Source: the human T2T-CHM13v2.0 reference genome, Homo sapiens. Taken from it: DNA of 64,000 nt. Positions 1 through 14,060 of this stretch are shown here, piece after piece. The DNA lies in the NCBI RefSeq assembly GCF_009914755.1, contig NC_060925.1. One strand, written 5' to 3'. The notes beneath the pieces were generated by a model. That model made no database searches. It was not told where the DNA came from and was given only the letters and a program-made list of their open reading frames with translations. Made by a program: the position numbers and the translations under genes. Positions within the stretch are counted from its first letter, which is position 1. Every line of letters starts with the position of its first letter.

Positions 1-730
1 AATTAATTGAAATAAACCAGTTTCTCTCTGATGAGAGAAAAAAATGTGCTAAGTACTGCTGAGTTCTGGAGGGCCACAAACACTGCGTGAAAAACATCTA
101 GGATGTTTTCACTCTTGTTAAAAACGCATGTTTTAGTACTAACTCATTTAAAACAACTGTTGAAAAACTCAAGTTACCTCCTGGAGGGTAAGTGGAAGCT
201 GAGGGACATCGGTGGGAGGCAGGTGTCTCTCTGTACCCTTTATACTTTTCCAGTTTTGAATTTTACATAGATACTGCTTGTTCGAAAAATTTAAAGAATG
301 ATTTTTATCTACTTAAGCACCAAGTAACTGATCGGTTACACACAGGAGATACGTGTTTGTTTACACTGCAGGGCTCGACTCTGCACAACTGGCACAATCT
401 TCCCAAAAGTCAACCCGTTTTCTAAAACTTCCGCAGAACCACCCTGACCGTAAAGACGATTTCAACAACGAGATAGGCAGTTTTGGCCCGTGGCCTGGGC
501 CCGGGAGACTCGCTCAAGAGGGAATGTGCGGTGCCCGGCAGGATTTTAATTCCGGGTCACCCGCCCCGCCCTGCGGCCTTGGGTAGAGTTTAGCCCCCTC
601 ATCCCGTGTCCCGGGGGTCGCGCGACGTCCCCGAGACGCCCTGGCCGGTACTCGCAGCTCGCGCCTTTCGTTCCGCTCAAGTTCCTCCGCCGCGACCTCA
701 GGACAGGCCGAAGAGGCGCGCACTACTCAC

Positions 731-765
731 GTGTCTTCCAAGTGCTGCTCCAAGGTCGCCTCCAT
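731..765 (-). CDS. LAMTOR5: LAMTOR5 (HBXIP, Ragulator subunit) coding exon 1 of the canonical 91-aa isoform: MEATLEQHLED plus the first 2 nt of Thr12; the rest of the gene lies left of the window
   Basis: Minus strand reads ATG GAG GCG ACC TTG GAG CAG CAC TTG GAA GAC AC|GTGAGT. The peptide matches the known LAMTOR5 N-terminus and there is a consensus GT donor at 730-729. Confidence 0.96.
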
Positions 766-1011
766 CCCACCCACCGACCACTCCGGCTCAGAACCCAGCA
801 GCACGGCACGTCCTTCTCCACCACAGGCCTCAGTCACTTGACGCGAGCGGGGCGTGGACCGTAACGGCGCCTCCAAAGGGACAAAATTGATCACGGTGCA
901 ACGTCCGCGTTCTTTACTGGAAAACATCACTGCGCTTCCGTCGCACAGAGCCTGACGAAGGTTTGGGCTCCCCGCGCGGTGACCGTCGAGGTGACCTGCA
1001 CCTGGCTCCAT
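731..1011 (-). CDS. LAMTOR5: LAMTOR5 long-isoform exon 1 (82-aa N-terminal extension MEPGAGHLDG..., 173-aa HBXIP form)
   Basis: In-frame upstream ATG at 1011 in strong context (CCGCCATGG), open to the same donor at 731. Matches the recalled long HBXIP isoform. Confidence 0.8.
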
Positions 1012-1450
1012 GGCGGAACCGGCCGGCACGGATTATTCCCCTCTCGGGAGAGGTCTGCAGCCGGGCCTCAGTGCTTCAGTTCGTGGCCTGGCATTTTGTG
1101 TCAGTGTTTTTTAACCTTTGGACCCTAGTTCAACCGACTCCGAGACCTAGGGGACAGATCTTAAGTTTTACAATAACCCAGGGGTCAGACAGGGTCTGAT
1201 CTAGCCTGTGGGGCAAGTACGGGGAAGACACGGGACCTCTTGGAGGGGGTCAGTAGGCTTGTAGGGGGAAAGACGCACACAGAGACTAAAGGACGAGATG
1301 GAGCAAGGTTCAACCCCCTAGCTGAGTGTTGGCAGTGTCGGGATTTTAACGAAGACATTGGTGCTTATTATGGTGAGGGGACTCAGGACAGTTTAGGGGA
1401 AGAGAGTGGCATTTGAGTCCTAACTCGTAAGGAAGACTGGGTAGGACTAC
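850..1450 (+). ncRNA. LAMTOR5-AS1: Approximate 5' region of the antisense lncRNA LAMTOR5-AS1, which extends further right; exon boundaries cannot be derived here
   Basis: Established head-to-head annotation at this locus plus the shared CpG island. Not demonstrable from sequence alone. Confidence 0.4.
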
Positions 1451-1616
1451 TTGAAAATAACTTTTAAAAATTAATTATAAAGCTGGTAAAAATAGGAAAA
1501 CATCTATGGCCCCACTGTCCAAAGACGACTTTTAACTTCTTGGAGAATATCCTTTCAGATAGTTGTCTTTGTAAATGTATACTTTTAATGTTTTTTCGTT
1601 TGCCTTTTTAAAATAA

Positions 1617-2325
1617 ATTTTTTGGGGGACAGGGTCTTGCTCTGTTACCCAGGCTGTAGTGCAGTAGAACGATTATAGCTCATTGCAACCCGGACGTCCT
1701 GGGTTCAAGCTATCCTCACCTCTCAGCCTCTCGACTGGCTAGGACCACAGCCTCGAGCCATCATGTCTGGCTAATTTTTACGTTTTTTTGTAGAGATGGG
1801 GGTCTCGCTGTGTTGTCCAGGCTGGTCTTAAACTCCTTGCTTCAACAGATCCTCCCACTCCAGCCTCCCAAAATGTGATTACAGGCTGAGTCACCACGCC
1901 TAGCATGGTTTTTTTTGTTTTGTTTGTTTTGTAAGCAAAATTGACATACATACTGGAGGTACAATTCTGTAGCTGGCCTTCTTTACAGAGTTTAGAATAA
2001 ATGTCTTTCCATGTCAAGTTTTCACTTACATCCTTTGTAGTAGTTGCAAAATATTCCATTTTATAGCTGTATCTTAATTGTGGATTAAGGTTGGAGTGCA
2101 GTGGCACTATCATGGCTTAGTCCAGCCTCAGCCTTCTAGGTACAAGCGATCTTCCCACCTCAGCCTCCCAAGAAGCTGGGACTACAGGGACCCGCCACCC
2201 CACCTAGCTAATTAAAAAAAAAATTGTAGAGATGGAGTCTCAGTGTGTAGCCCAGTCTCAAGTGACCCTCCCTCGTTGGCTTCCCAAAGCGCTGAGATTG
2301 CAGGTGAGCCACTGTACTTGGACTT
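1617..2325 (-). mobile_element. Two old (AluJ-like) Alu elements, ~1617-1905 and ~2085-2325
   Basis: Diverged Alu consensus motifs in reverse orientation. Confidence 0.8.
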
Positions 2326-2525
2326 TTTTTTTTTTTTTTGCTTTTGTTTGTTTTTTGTTTTAGCTATTACAATGCTGGTTGAATATCCTCATAGCTAAAT
2401 ATCTGTGCAGTTTTAAAATTTCCTTATAAGTTACTAGAAATGGAATGACTGGGTTAAAGGACATGATCATTTTTTAAGACTCTTGATACATACTTACAAA
2501 TTGCCTCCCGAAAAAGTGGTGCTAA

Positions 2526-3173
<648 letters not shown>

Positions 3174-3348
3174 TAGAAAAAGCAGTTTAAAACTTAGCAT
3201 TAGAAAACATAAGTACTGCCTGGTGAAATGGCACGTGCCTATAATCCCAGCTACTCAGGAGGCTGAGGCAGGAGGATCCCTTGAGCCCAGGAGTTCAAGT
3301 CCAGCCTGGGCAATATAGTCTAGTGGCCACATTAAAAAAAGTAAAACA

Positions 3349-3953
<605 letters not shown>

Positions 3954-4192
3954 GTAAAACAGATGAAACTAATTTTAATAACATTTTATTTATTCAAACA
4001 ATATATTCAAAATATTATTTCAACTTGTGATTGATAAAATACTAATGAGATATTTTATATTTTTTCTCCAGTACTGTCTTCAAAATCCAGGGTATATTTT
4101 TCAGTTAGCAGCACATTTCAATTCAGACCAGCCGCATTTCAAGTGCTCAGCAGCCACCTGTGGCTAGTGGCCACAGTATTGGCCAGTGTAGC
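3954..4192. mobile_element. MER33-like hAT-Charlie DNA transposon, interrupted by the two Alus (left part ~3318-3348)
   Basis: Terminal ...CACATTTCAATTCAGACCAGCCGCATTTCAAGTGCTCAGCAGCCACCTGTGGCTAGTGGCCACAGTATTGG matches the MER3/MER33 end. Confidence 0.7.
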
Positions 4193-4245
4193 CCAAGGAT
4201 ATCTCAAATTATCTCAAAGCTAGATCAGTGATTAAAGGATTCTCA

Positions 4246-4585
<340 letters not shown>

Positions 4586-5004
4586 TTAAGCTATAAGGAA
4601 GGCCTTTGAAGGGAAATCAAGTAGGAAGAGGATGATAGCTGGCTCACATGTCCTTGCCACATGGGAGGTGAGAGAGCAGGCTACTCCTTACCACCCCCGC
4701 TTTCTCTGCCCTGCTGCTGTCTTGCCCCTGTGCAAGTAGGCAATGGGAGAGGAATAGTATATATAAATTGGGCAAGTGCTAGGGGCTGGAGTGATGGTTG
4801 GGGAAAGTATCTGACCCTTGTTTTCTACTTTCTTTAGCTTGTGGGGTATTTAACAATTCTTTGTTCTTAGTTTTGAGTGCTGGCAACCATTTCTGGGGTG
4901 ACAGGAAAAGTTCCATGACATCCGTATTAGAGCATTTGTTTCATTATATTGTAATTTTTTATGTTTACTTTTGAAAAAGTTCATTCTTTTCTCTTTTTAA
5001 TTCT

Positions 5005-5294
5005 TATTCTTTTTTTTTTCTTTTCTTTTTGAGGCAGGGTTTTACTCTATCACCCAGGCTGGAGTGCAGTGGCACAATCTTGGCTCACTGCAACCTCTGC
5101 CTCCTGAGCTCGTGATTCATCCTCCTGAGTAGCTGGGACTACAGGTGTACACTACCATGTGTAGCTAAATTTTTTGTATTTTTTGTAGAGATGGGGTTTT
5201 GCCATGTTGCCAGGCTGGTCTCGAACTCCTGCAATTTGCTCTCCTTGGCCTCACGAAATGCTGGGATTACAGGCATAAGCTACAGCACCCAGCC
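5005..5294 (-). mobile_element. Diverged Alu
   Basis: Reverse Alu motifs with T-rich tail. Confidence 0.8.
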
Positions 5295-5833
5295 CTTACG
5301 TTTACTTTTCATTGACAGGAAGAGTGTCTTCATCTCTGCATCCCTAGTGCAACAGAGCATGACAAAAATTCAACAAATATTTATTGAAGAGTCTTGATGT
5401 CTTTTGGGAAAGGAACTCTATGGTTACCTTTACTCTAAGGTAAAGAAATTTAGGTCCTGAACTTTAACCACCTTCTCCTCTTCTTTCTTCCCTCTTTCAT
5501 AAATGAGCTCTTGGAAAATTAAAATGCCAGGAGGGTCCAGCAGAGAATACCCAAGCCCACATGTCCTGATGGGAAGTGGGGGATAAGTAGAGAGGGAAAC
5601 ACAGACCCTGTAGGCCATCTCACTGCTGCTGGCCCAGGGGACCCTAACTCCTTTTGTTGACTCATCAGAAGTAGAATCCTCCTGAGGGTCTGTTTAAGAA
5701 GCACAGCTCTGGTAGAAAGGGTAGCTTTCCTATGGGTACGGAGTGCTCTGCTACCCCAGGGCTATCCACACTGGCCTGTGAATCACTCTCAAATGCTTAG
5801 GGTCACGGGCTTTCAGTGGAATGAGCCCTCATG

Positions 5834-5851
5834 TGCCACCAGGGGGCACCA
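5834..5851 (+). promoter_or_regulatory. Strong CTCF consensus site
   Basis: TGCCACCAGGGGGCACCA, near-perfect match to the CCACCAGGGGGCGC core. Confidence 0.6.
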
Positions 5852-6302
5852 AGGCCACAGAAAACCCTATTCAGAAGGTTCTGGGGTGAGGGAAAGGAAT
5901 CCACGGGTTTGTGGAGCTGGCGGAGCATGGGTGAGGACAGCATTATGCTAGGTTGGTGGCCTTGAAGTCAGATGTAAATTGGGATCCTGGCTTGGCCACT
6001 GACTATCCATGGGAACTTTGAATCTCAGGGGGCTCATTTGTGATGTGGGGGTACCATTATCTGCCTCATCAGGTTGTGGGGAGGATTATATGAGATACCT
6101 TATGTAAGAGGGGCTGGTGCATTGTGGAAGTCAACAAGTAAGTTTTGTTAAATTTGAGTAAGAAGACCTGTTTGTTTCCTCAAGTTGCTTATAATCTAGG
6201 TGAGGACACATCTGAGAGAATAACTCTCAGTTCAGTGAAGGTAAGAGCCAAATGATTGGCACAGACCTCAAGTGGTCTGGCATTTACGGGAGAGGGGGAT
6301 TG

Positions 6303-6792
6303 TGAAACAGGAATTGAAAGAAATTTAAAAATGCGTAAGCAAAAACTCAGTTTATGTTTTAAAAAAACCAATTCCCCCTGAGAAAGAGAAAGAGGTGGAG
6401 TCCTTTAAAAATTATCTGCTTGTTTTTCTGTCTGTGGCTAGTGAGCCTTATCTCTCCCTTTCCCAGGCATTGTGAAGACCCTGTTTCTCTAGCTGTGCAG
6501 CTGCAAGGTCACTAGGCAGATAAACTCAAGCCATAAAACATGTTTTTCCTTGAAAAGTAAGAAATAATGTAATGCATGTGTCAAATGAATAACTATTTCT
6601 CGCTTCTGTAATATGCTTCCCTTCGCACAGATCTCCCCCTGCCCCATGAAATGCTTTAAAGGTAACTTAACTCTCTGTTCGGGGCTCAGTCCTTTGGATG
6701 TTAATCTGACTGGCTTGGTGCACCTAAATAATAAATAACATATATCCTCCTCAACCCCTCAGTCTCTCTGATTCCTAAATTATCCCGCTGTA
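6303..6792 (+). mobile_element. Solo ERV1-class LTR (LTR15-like) with 4-bp TSD ATTG
   Basis: Starts TGAAACAGGAATT, ends CCCGCTGTA, has an internal AATAAA; ATTG at 6299-6302 and 6793-6796. Subfamily from memory. Confidence 0.75.
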
Positions 6793-7302
6793 ATTGCAGG
6801 GCTAGATTTGCCGACCTGCTTTATAAAGCTATGTTAAATCAGTATATTTTATTCTTTTTATTAGACTTTTCTATAGCATAAAAATGATAAAATACAGCAA
6901 GAAAAAAAGTCACCTGAAACTCTAGTCCTAACCCTAATATGAATGTGAAGGAGCTGGGCTAGAATGGAATAGGGTAGAATTTGCATAAGGTGGAAATGGG
7001 GACAGGCCTGTCACAAGGATCACTAGAGTCTTGCTGGCAAAAGCATCTTACTGCATTCATGCTGCAGCACAGGACCCAGATGCAGAACAGGTTGGGGACA
7101 CAGCCCTGCCTTCTAATAGTGGACACCATCTGAGAGCTGAGCCATAGATTCAAAGCCTAACTCCTAATAGCGATTGGTAGTAATATCATCAGCAGTTCAT
7201 ATACATGGAGTGACAACGGCGTGCCAGGCAATTCAAAGGGTCTCTCGGTCCTCACAGCATTTTTGAAGTAGCTAACATCACTATCCCCCTTTTACAGTTA
7301 AA

Positions 7303-7326
7303 AACAACAACAACAACAACAACAAC
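7303..7326 (+). repeat. (AAC)n microsatellite inside a MIR
   Basis: aacaacaac run. Confidence 0.85.
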
Positions 7327-7650
7327 ACAAAACCCTGAGGCTCAGAAGATAAATATTTGCTGAAGATCACTGTGCTTGTAAGTGGTGGAGCCTGACCATT
7401 AACTTCCCCACGACACTGCTTCAATTTCTATCACTTCATCAACCACACAACCCGAGAACTGTGAGGGGATTTAGCAGGCCCAGTCCAGATCTCTTATTGT
7501 ACAGAGAAGAAATCTGAGGCTCAGAGAGGGGAAGGGACTAATTTGGACCTTTAACTTCGGATTCTTAACTTTCTTTCTGGTGTTCCAACTATACTGTACT
7601 ACAAGAGGCTGTCTTAGAGCTTTAGTTCAACCAGCTTCAGAGATACTCAT

Positions 7651-8043
7651 TGTTATGGGTTGAATTATGTCTCCCCAAAATTCATATGTCAAAGTTCTAA
7701 CCCCCAGTACCTCAGAATGTGACCATATTTGGAGATAGGACCTTTACAGAGGTAATCAGGTGAAAATGAGGTTGTTAGGGTGGGCCTTAGTCCAGTATGG
7801 CTGGTGTCCTCATAAAAAGGGGAAATTTGGACACAGATGTACATAGAGGGAAGATGGTGTGAAGAGACATAAAGAACAGATAGTCATCTATAGCCAAGGC
7901 CTGGAACAGATCCTTCCCTAACAGCCCTCAGAAGGAAGCAACCTCACTGACACCTTGATTTTGGACTGCTACCCTCTGGCACTGTGAGACAATAAATTCA
8001 TGTTGGTTAGGCCACCCAGTTTGTTATGGCAGCCCTAGGAAAC
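7651..8043 (+). mobile_element. MaLR LTR, MLT1B-like
   Basis: TGTTATGGGTTGAATT...CCCAGTACCTCAGAATGTGACC...AATAAATT...GTTATGGCAGCCCTAGGAAAC. Confidence 0.8.
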
Positions 8044-9571
8044 CTTTGTGGATATATCTGTTCGTATACCCATAAAGTCTGCAAGTCAAAAATATCACAG
8101 ACTTTTGGCAGCCCTTCATTCAAGCACTGGCTGGGAGGGTCACCCTCCCCGAGGCAAAAGGATAGAGCAAATGATCTTTCCAGCTTGCTCCCAACCTTGA
8201 TCTTTGGCCAAGATATTTTTCTTTCACTGGACGTTGGCCAACATTGGTGTCATAACTTAATTTGACTGTGACCTTCTTGAGTCTTTTATGTCTCTGAGCT
8301 TGACCTGTAGAAGAAGCTCAATAAATGTGGGTAGAGGGGATGAGTGGGAAAATCAGCTCCCAGCCATTCCAGTTCAAGCCTCTTCAAGCAGAAGAGTCCC
8401 ACCTGAAAGACCTCATTTTCACTTGATTACTCGATCTCCAAGCAATAGGTGGGGCAGGAAGCAGGGTATGTAAGGCCTGTCAGTGGATGGAAGTTGAAGT
8501 TGGACACCATCTCCTAAAGTTTAGAGCTGAGCCCAAATTCTGGAAAACACAAGCAAAGTACATTTTATATGACTCAGGATGGGCTAAAGAAGTTCCAGTA
8601 CAGGAAACTGTTTTCCTGCTGCTTTATTAATTTTGCTACAGAGGATAAATGAGATGCAGACTTTCATATCCAAGTCTTCATTAGATGCCCAGTTAATGCA
8701 GCCATGACAAATGGGAATGAAGCCCTTATGAATAAAAAAAAGATCAACCCAGTATAAAAAAATCATAGACCAGAGAAATGAAAATTTAGAGGAGCTGATA
8801 AAATACCCTATCCTTAATTAGACTGTCAGCATACACATCAAATCAGCCTTAATGCCAAGATTTATTGGCCTTGGAATTGGGTAAATGAAATAAGTGCTTA
8901 CAAATGAATGGAAAAGAAATTACCTGTATTAAAACGTATTTGTGATGCAGGCCTGTGCACTGAGGGTTTTAGTCAAACTCAGGCTTGCAGCTTCTTTTGC
9001 TCTGCATCCATTTCCACCCCATGTTCCCCAGTGGGTTTCAGAGACCCTCTTTGTGGGGTAACAATATGTACCATTGTCAACTACCTCTGCTGTTGTCCTG
9101 GAAAAATCCTTCTTGGACAGTAAAATATTTTTGTCTTTATTTCACCATCTCCAGATTAGATGGGTGTTACTGATTCTTACCTCAGAGAAGAGAATGTCAT
9201 GGAGACAAAATGACCTGCTTAGAGTTCTGCACCCCCCAGCATGGAGAGCAGAGCGCAAAGATTTCTTCCGGACTCCCACATTCCCCTTGGAATCCAAGAA
9301 CTGGTCTACTGTCACAACACTTTAGTACCCTCTTGTAAGCCTGTGGACAAATCCTCTGATGCCTTGATACCTCGGTTTTCCCCCACTATAAATGGGAAGA
9401 TAAATTCACTAGAAACAGTACTTACCTTGCAGTGTCATTATGAGAATTTCATGAGACAATGCAATATAAAGCTCCTAGCACAGTTCCAGGCACCATTGTA
9501 AGCACTGAACAAATGAAAGCTGTTGTCATTAGGATCTCAAGAAATGACAGCTGAGGCAAATGTGGATTAGA

Positions 9572-9900
9572 CTGCATTCAGCATTCTTAGCTGCAAGCAA
9601 CAGAAGCTGACGCTGGTTTAAAGAATAGGAAAGGAAGTTAATTAAAATGACATTGGGTAGCTTGTGGAACTGGGAGGACTAGAGAGCTCAGTCTAAGTTC
9701 TAGTGACAAAGCTTCAAATCATACATGAGGAAAATGCCCCTCTGCAGGAGGAACGTAATCCTGCAATCACTGCTTCCCCTGAAGCCAGATGCCTCTACTG
9801 CTGCCCTTCCCAGCAGTGATGGAGCCTGGATCACATACCTGGCTTTAGTTGTAAAGGAGGCTGGAGAGAAAATGCTCTGCTCTATGTAACTGTCTTGAAA
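9572..9900. mobile_element. Old MaLR LTR (MLT1K/L/N-like)
   Basis: TTAGCTGCAAGCAACAGAA and GGATCACATACCTGGCTTTAGTTGTAAAGGAGGCTGG resemble the late-MLT1 consensus. Confidence 0.55.
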
Positions 9901-10789
9901 GTGGCCCACACATAGCAAAGCCATTCAAAAGCGGGTGAGCAGCATGAAAGCATCCAGAAGGATTCTTGCTTTGCATGAGGGAGAACTCTTGCTCCCAGAG
10001 TGTGAGACCAGCAGGGGCATTTTCCTCATGTGTGATTAGAAGCTTTGTCACTAGAAGCTTAGACTGAGTAGGACACCTCTGAGTGTGAATGTCCTACCTG
10101 AGTTCTGCCTCATGCAAAGCAAGAATCCCTCTGGAGGGATTGACACCACAGCCTCTTCCACAATGTCTCCAAACAACTTTACTGGGCAGCATTCCACTCC
10201 TTGACAAACGGGAGAGGTGCATTCTACCTTCTCTCCTGCATGAGCCTAGACTAATAGGGAATTTGGGAGTGTTGATCATTGTACTTTGTGCTCCTAGAGA
10301 TAAGGGTCATCATAAAGCATCTCAGAGTCTCACTGTAGATCCACAGTTCCATTTCTTTATGGATCCCTTACCCCTACTTTGCCAAATTCTATGCAGATAG
10401 CAATAATAATTCAGACAGGGCTTCCTCACTGAAGGAGTTTGTGCTCTATATAGTTAATAAGCTAGAGATAATGAAAAAAAAAAAACTCAACTTGAACTTT
10501 GGGTAAGAGAAACTTTTCAGACCAACGATCATTACCAATAACAGCTTCCACGCATGACCCTGCCCGGAGATTGGGGCCTGCACTACTGTTTCCAGGAAAC
10601 ACATTCTTTTGAATTTTTTTATTTTCTTTGTAGAGATGGGGATCTCACTCTGTTGCCCAGGCTGGTCTCAAACTCCTTGCTTCAAGCAATCCTCCTGCTT
10701 CGGCCTCCCAAACTTCTGGGATTACAGATATGAGCCACCACGGCTGGCTGACAGGCACCAAATTCTAGGAGAGGACTTGAATAGAGTAG

Positions 10790-11233
<444 letters not shown>

Positions 11234-11598
11234 TAAAACTTCAGTGTCTTGTCTTTACCCTTCATGGTGCCTAGAAAAGCATCTGGCTCATAGGTGTTCA
11301 GTGAATGATTGTTTCATTAGTGAAGAAATTCCCTTTGGAAATCTCATAGGAAACTTACCCTCTCCAACCCTTCACCTGTGCATTATTCCAGCTCCCAAGG
11401 AGGCAGCAGAAACTGGGGTAATCACAACGGTCAACAGCAGCAAAGGCAGCACTTTCTGATTTACTTGACTGCTATGGATGCCACCTCTCTCCACGCCTCA
11501 GTTTAATATCTGTAAGTTTGGTCAGTATCTCATTCAAGAACATTGCATTTACTCTGGTACTTAAAGATGAAAAATCAACATTTACAAAGCAGATCCAT

Positions 11599-12037
11599 TG
11601 TCAACCTAAATAACAAACAAAGAGAGTCTCTATAAAAGAAAAGAATATTTATTTGGGAATAGAGCATTGCATAGGAATATGCCTGCCTTAGTAATGCATG
11701 TATTCAGGGAGGTAGAGGAAGACAAAGGTTTTTAACAGAAAAAATGTGGAGAATTACATAATTGTTTTGAAATAATTATCCTTGGCTATAAAGATCAATA
11801 ACAAGGGTGATGCGAGTCCAAGGTTGGACAGGCAGTTGCTGGGCAGATGTCTTTGCAGAAGTCTTTTTTGTGTAAGGTTGTAATGGCTTTTGTAGGAGGT
11901 TGTGGCTTTTGCAATCTTTTGTGATAGCTTTTGTTACCAGGCATACAAGCATGAGAATGCTCTCTTCAGGGCCTTCCCTAGCTCTATTTATCAGGGGTTT
12001 CTTGTTAGTGATTCCATTTTGATTCTGACAACTTTCA
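11599..12037 (-). mobile_element. ERV1 (MER4-group) solo LTR, MER65/MER93-like
   Basis: Minus strand begins TGAAAGTTGTCAGAATCAAAATGGAATCACT and ends ...GGTTGACA. Confidence 0.65.
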
Positions 12038-14060
12038 TGGACATTATCTCATTTAATCTCACAGTCATTCCATGACTCTATCCCCATTTTGTGAATGAAG
12101 TAACTGAGGTCTGGAGAGATCAACTAACTGGTCAAGGTCATAGAACTTGAAAATTTTCATTGTCTTGGGTCTCTAATACTGGGGCTGACCATTCTCCCAG
12201 GCAATGTTGAGTGAGTTGGCCCAGGTGAGTCGGCTCCTCTGCAACTGTGTCTCCTCAACTAGTTTGAACAACACAGGCCTGTGAGCCAGTCCCATAAAGT
12301 GGCTAGGGGTTGGTTCCCTTCTCCCCATTTCCCCTCATCAACAGGAGGACTTGTCCGTGTGCCTTCAGACACCACACAGTAAATCAACTGCCACATTCAT
12401 TCTGGACCATCAGTATTTTGCCCCAGGAGAAAGTCAGAGGCAAGCACACTAATATCTCATTGATATTTTCAATTGCCAAAGGGGAAGTGAGATGAATCTA
12501 ATCCCATCTGTCAAGGTGGAGAAGAGCTGATTCGAAAGCAGCATAGATTACTTTAAGGAGATGACAGTTTATCACTCTCTGGACAAGGGAATATGAAATG
12601 AGGACTAACCTCCTTTATGAGTTGGTAAAAACATTGATCAGCAAAGACAATGTCTGGGGAAATGAACAGCAAGTTCTCTGGCCCTTTTTCCACTTTTCCT
12701 TTCCCCGAGACTTTATGTTATATATACACACTCACACAAACAGGACAGAATCCACCTCCTGCCCCTCAAGAAATAGTTAACATTTGTTGAGGATTAATTA
12801 TTGCCAGGCTCTGTACTCCATGTTTTATATTTACTATCCAGAAGCCTTAATTGTTAAATGAGGTAAGTGTTATTATTAGAACCTTTGTACAGATGTGGAA
12901 ACTGAGGTGTATAGAGGTTGACTTGCCCAAGGTTACCCAGCTAGTGAAGAATGAAATCAGATGCAGTGCAGCCAACGCTTGGCCTGCCGTCAGTCACACG
13001 CAGTACACGTAGATCAGTCAGCCTGGAAAGCCACCTAGACAGCCCTGCTTCACTCCATCCTTGGTCAGCACCTTAGAGAGCCCTGCTGACCCCAAGAGGA
13101 TGTGCCTTTTACGGGTTGTAGAGGCTGAACCACAGCTGAGGGGCTGGAATGAGTGGGGGCCTCAGACAGGGTGTCTGGAGAGCTGAGGCTCAAGGAAGGG
13201 TGGAGGGGGTGCTGAAGCTGAAGGCCGTGGGTCTTGCCAGCAAGTGGGGCTCAGTGAGCCGAGGTGCCTCTCAGTTACTTCCATGTGTGAATTTCCGGTG
13301 GAGGACAGTGATGGGCTCTGGGCCCTGGGAAACCGGGACATCCAGCGTGTCCAGCCACAGTGCAGGCTGCCCTGGCTGCTGAGAGTCTCAGAAAATGCCA
13401 CTGTCATGGGTTAGGAAGGCCTGGGGACCACAACAATGTGACTTCAAAAACCCAAGAAGGAATGTGCACACCTGAGATGCTCAGAATGCATGTGTCAGTG
13501 TTCAGTTCTGACTCCTTGCTTCAGCCAGGGACAGAAGAACCTTCTACAGTAAAGAACCACAAGAGAGGGCTTTGCTGCCAGCCTCAGCCAGGGACACTTG
13601 GCGGCCAAAGCAAAGGTCACTCCAGGGCTGCAGATTTCAGCCTCTGCGGCCAGAAACAAGCTTCCCAATTAATAATACTCTGGATCGGACAGAGATGGCT
13701 GCTCTGTCTCAGGCGTGTTTGCCGTTGATCCCTGTGATTGATGCTGATAACATTAAGAGTCTGTCAGGGTGATATTTCATGAATGTCTCATGTGATGGGA
13801 TGATACAGTCGGGAAATGCAATTCCCTAGCTCAGGCAGAATCAGAGATGACCCAAAGTGCTGATGGAAAGGCTGAGGCCCTTTCCAGCCTCTGGCAGGGT
13901 AGGGAAAGCGGGTGAGGTGGGGGCTTGGGAGGGGCTGGGCTGACCTAGAGCTGTAACAGGGGTCTCTCATGAAGGGCTGTGAAGAGAAACAGTATGTGAG
14001 AGAGGCAAGAAACTTTTCTCTGGGTTTCCTCATGTAGAATGATTCCATCTGTGTAGGCCA

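Larger units (their letters stand above)
480..1090. promoter_or_regulatory. CpG island / bidirectional promoter of LAMTOR5 and LAMTOR5-AS1
   Basis: High GC and dense CpG. GC box GGGGCGTGG (~849-857), ETS-like CTTCCG (~935) and E-box palindrome GTCACTTGAC (833-842). Boundaries approximate. Confidence 0.85.

Noticed and set aside
1012-1029. Extra MPAGSA residues at the start of the ORF-track LAMTOR5 frame
   Set aside because: Arises from a GTG start call. The ATG at 1011 has strong Kozak context and matches the known long isoform.
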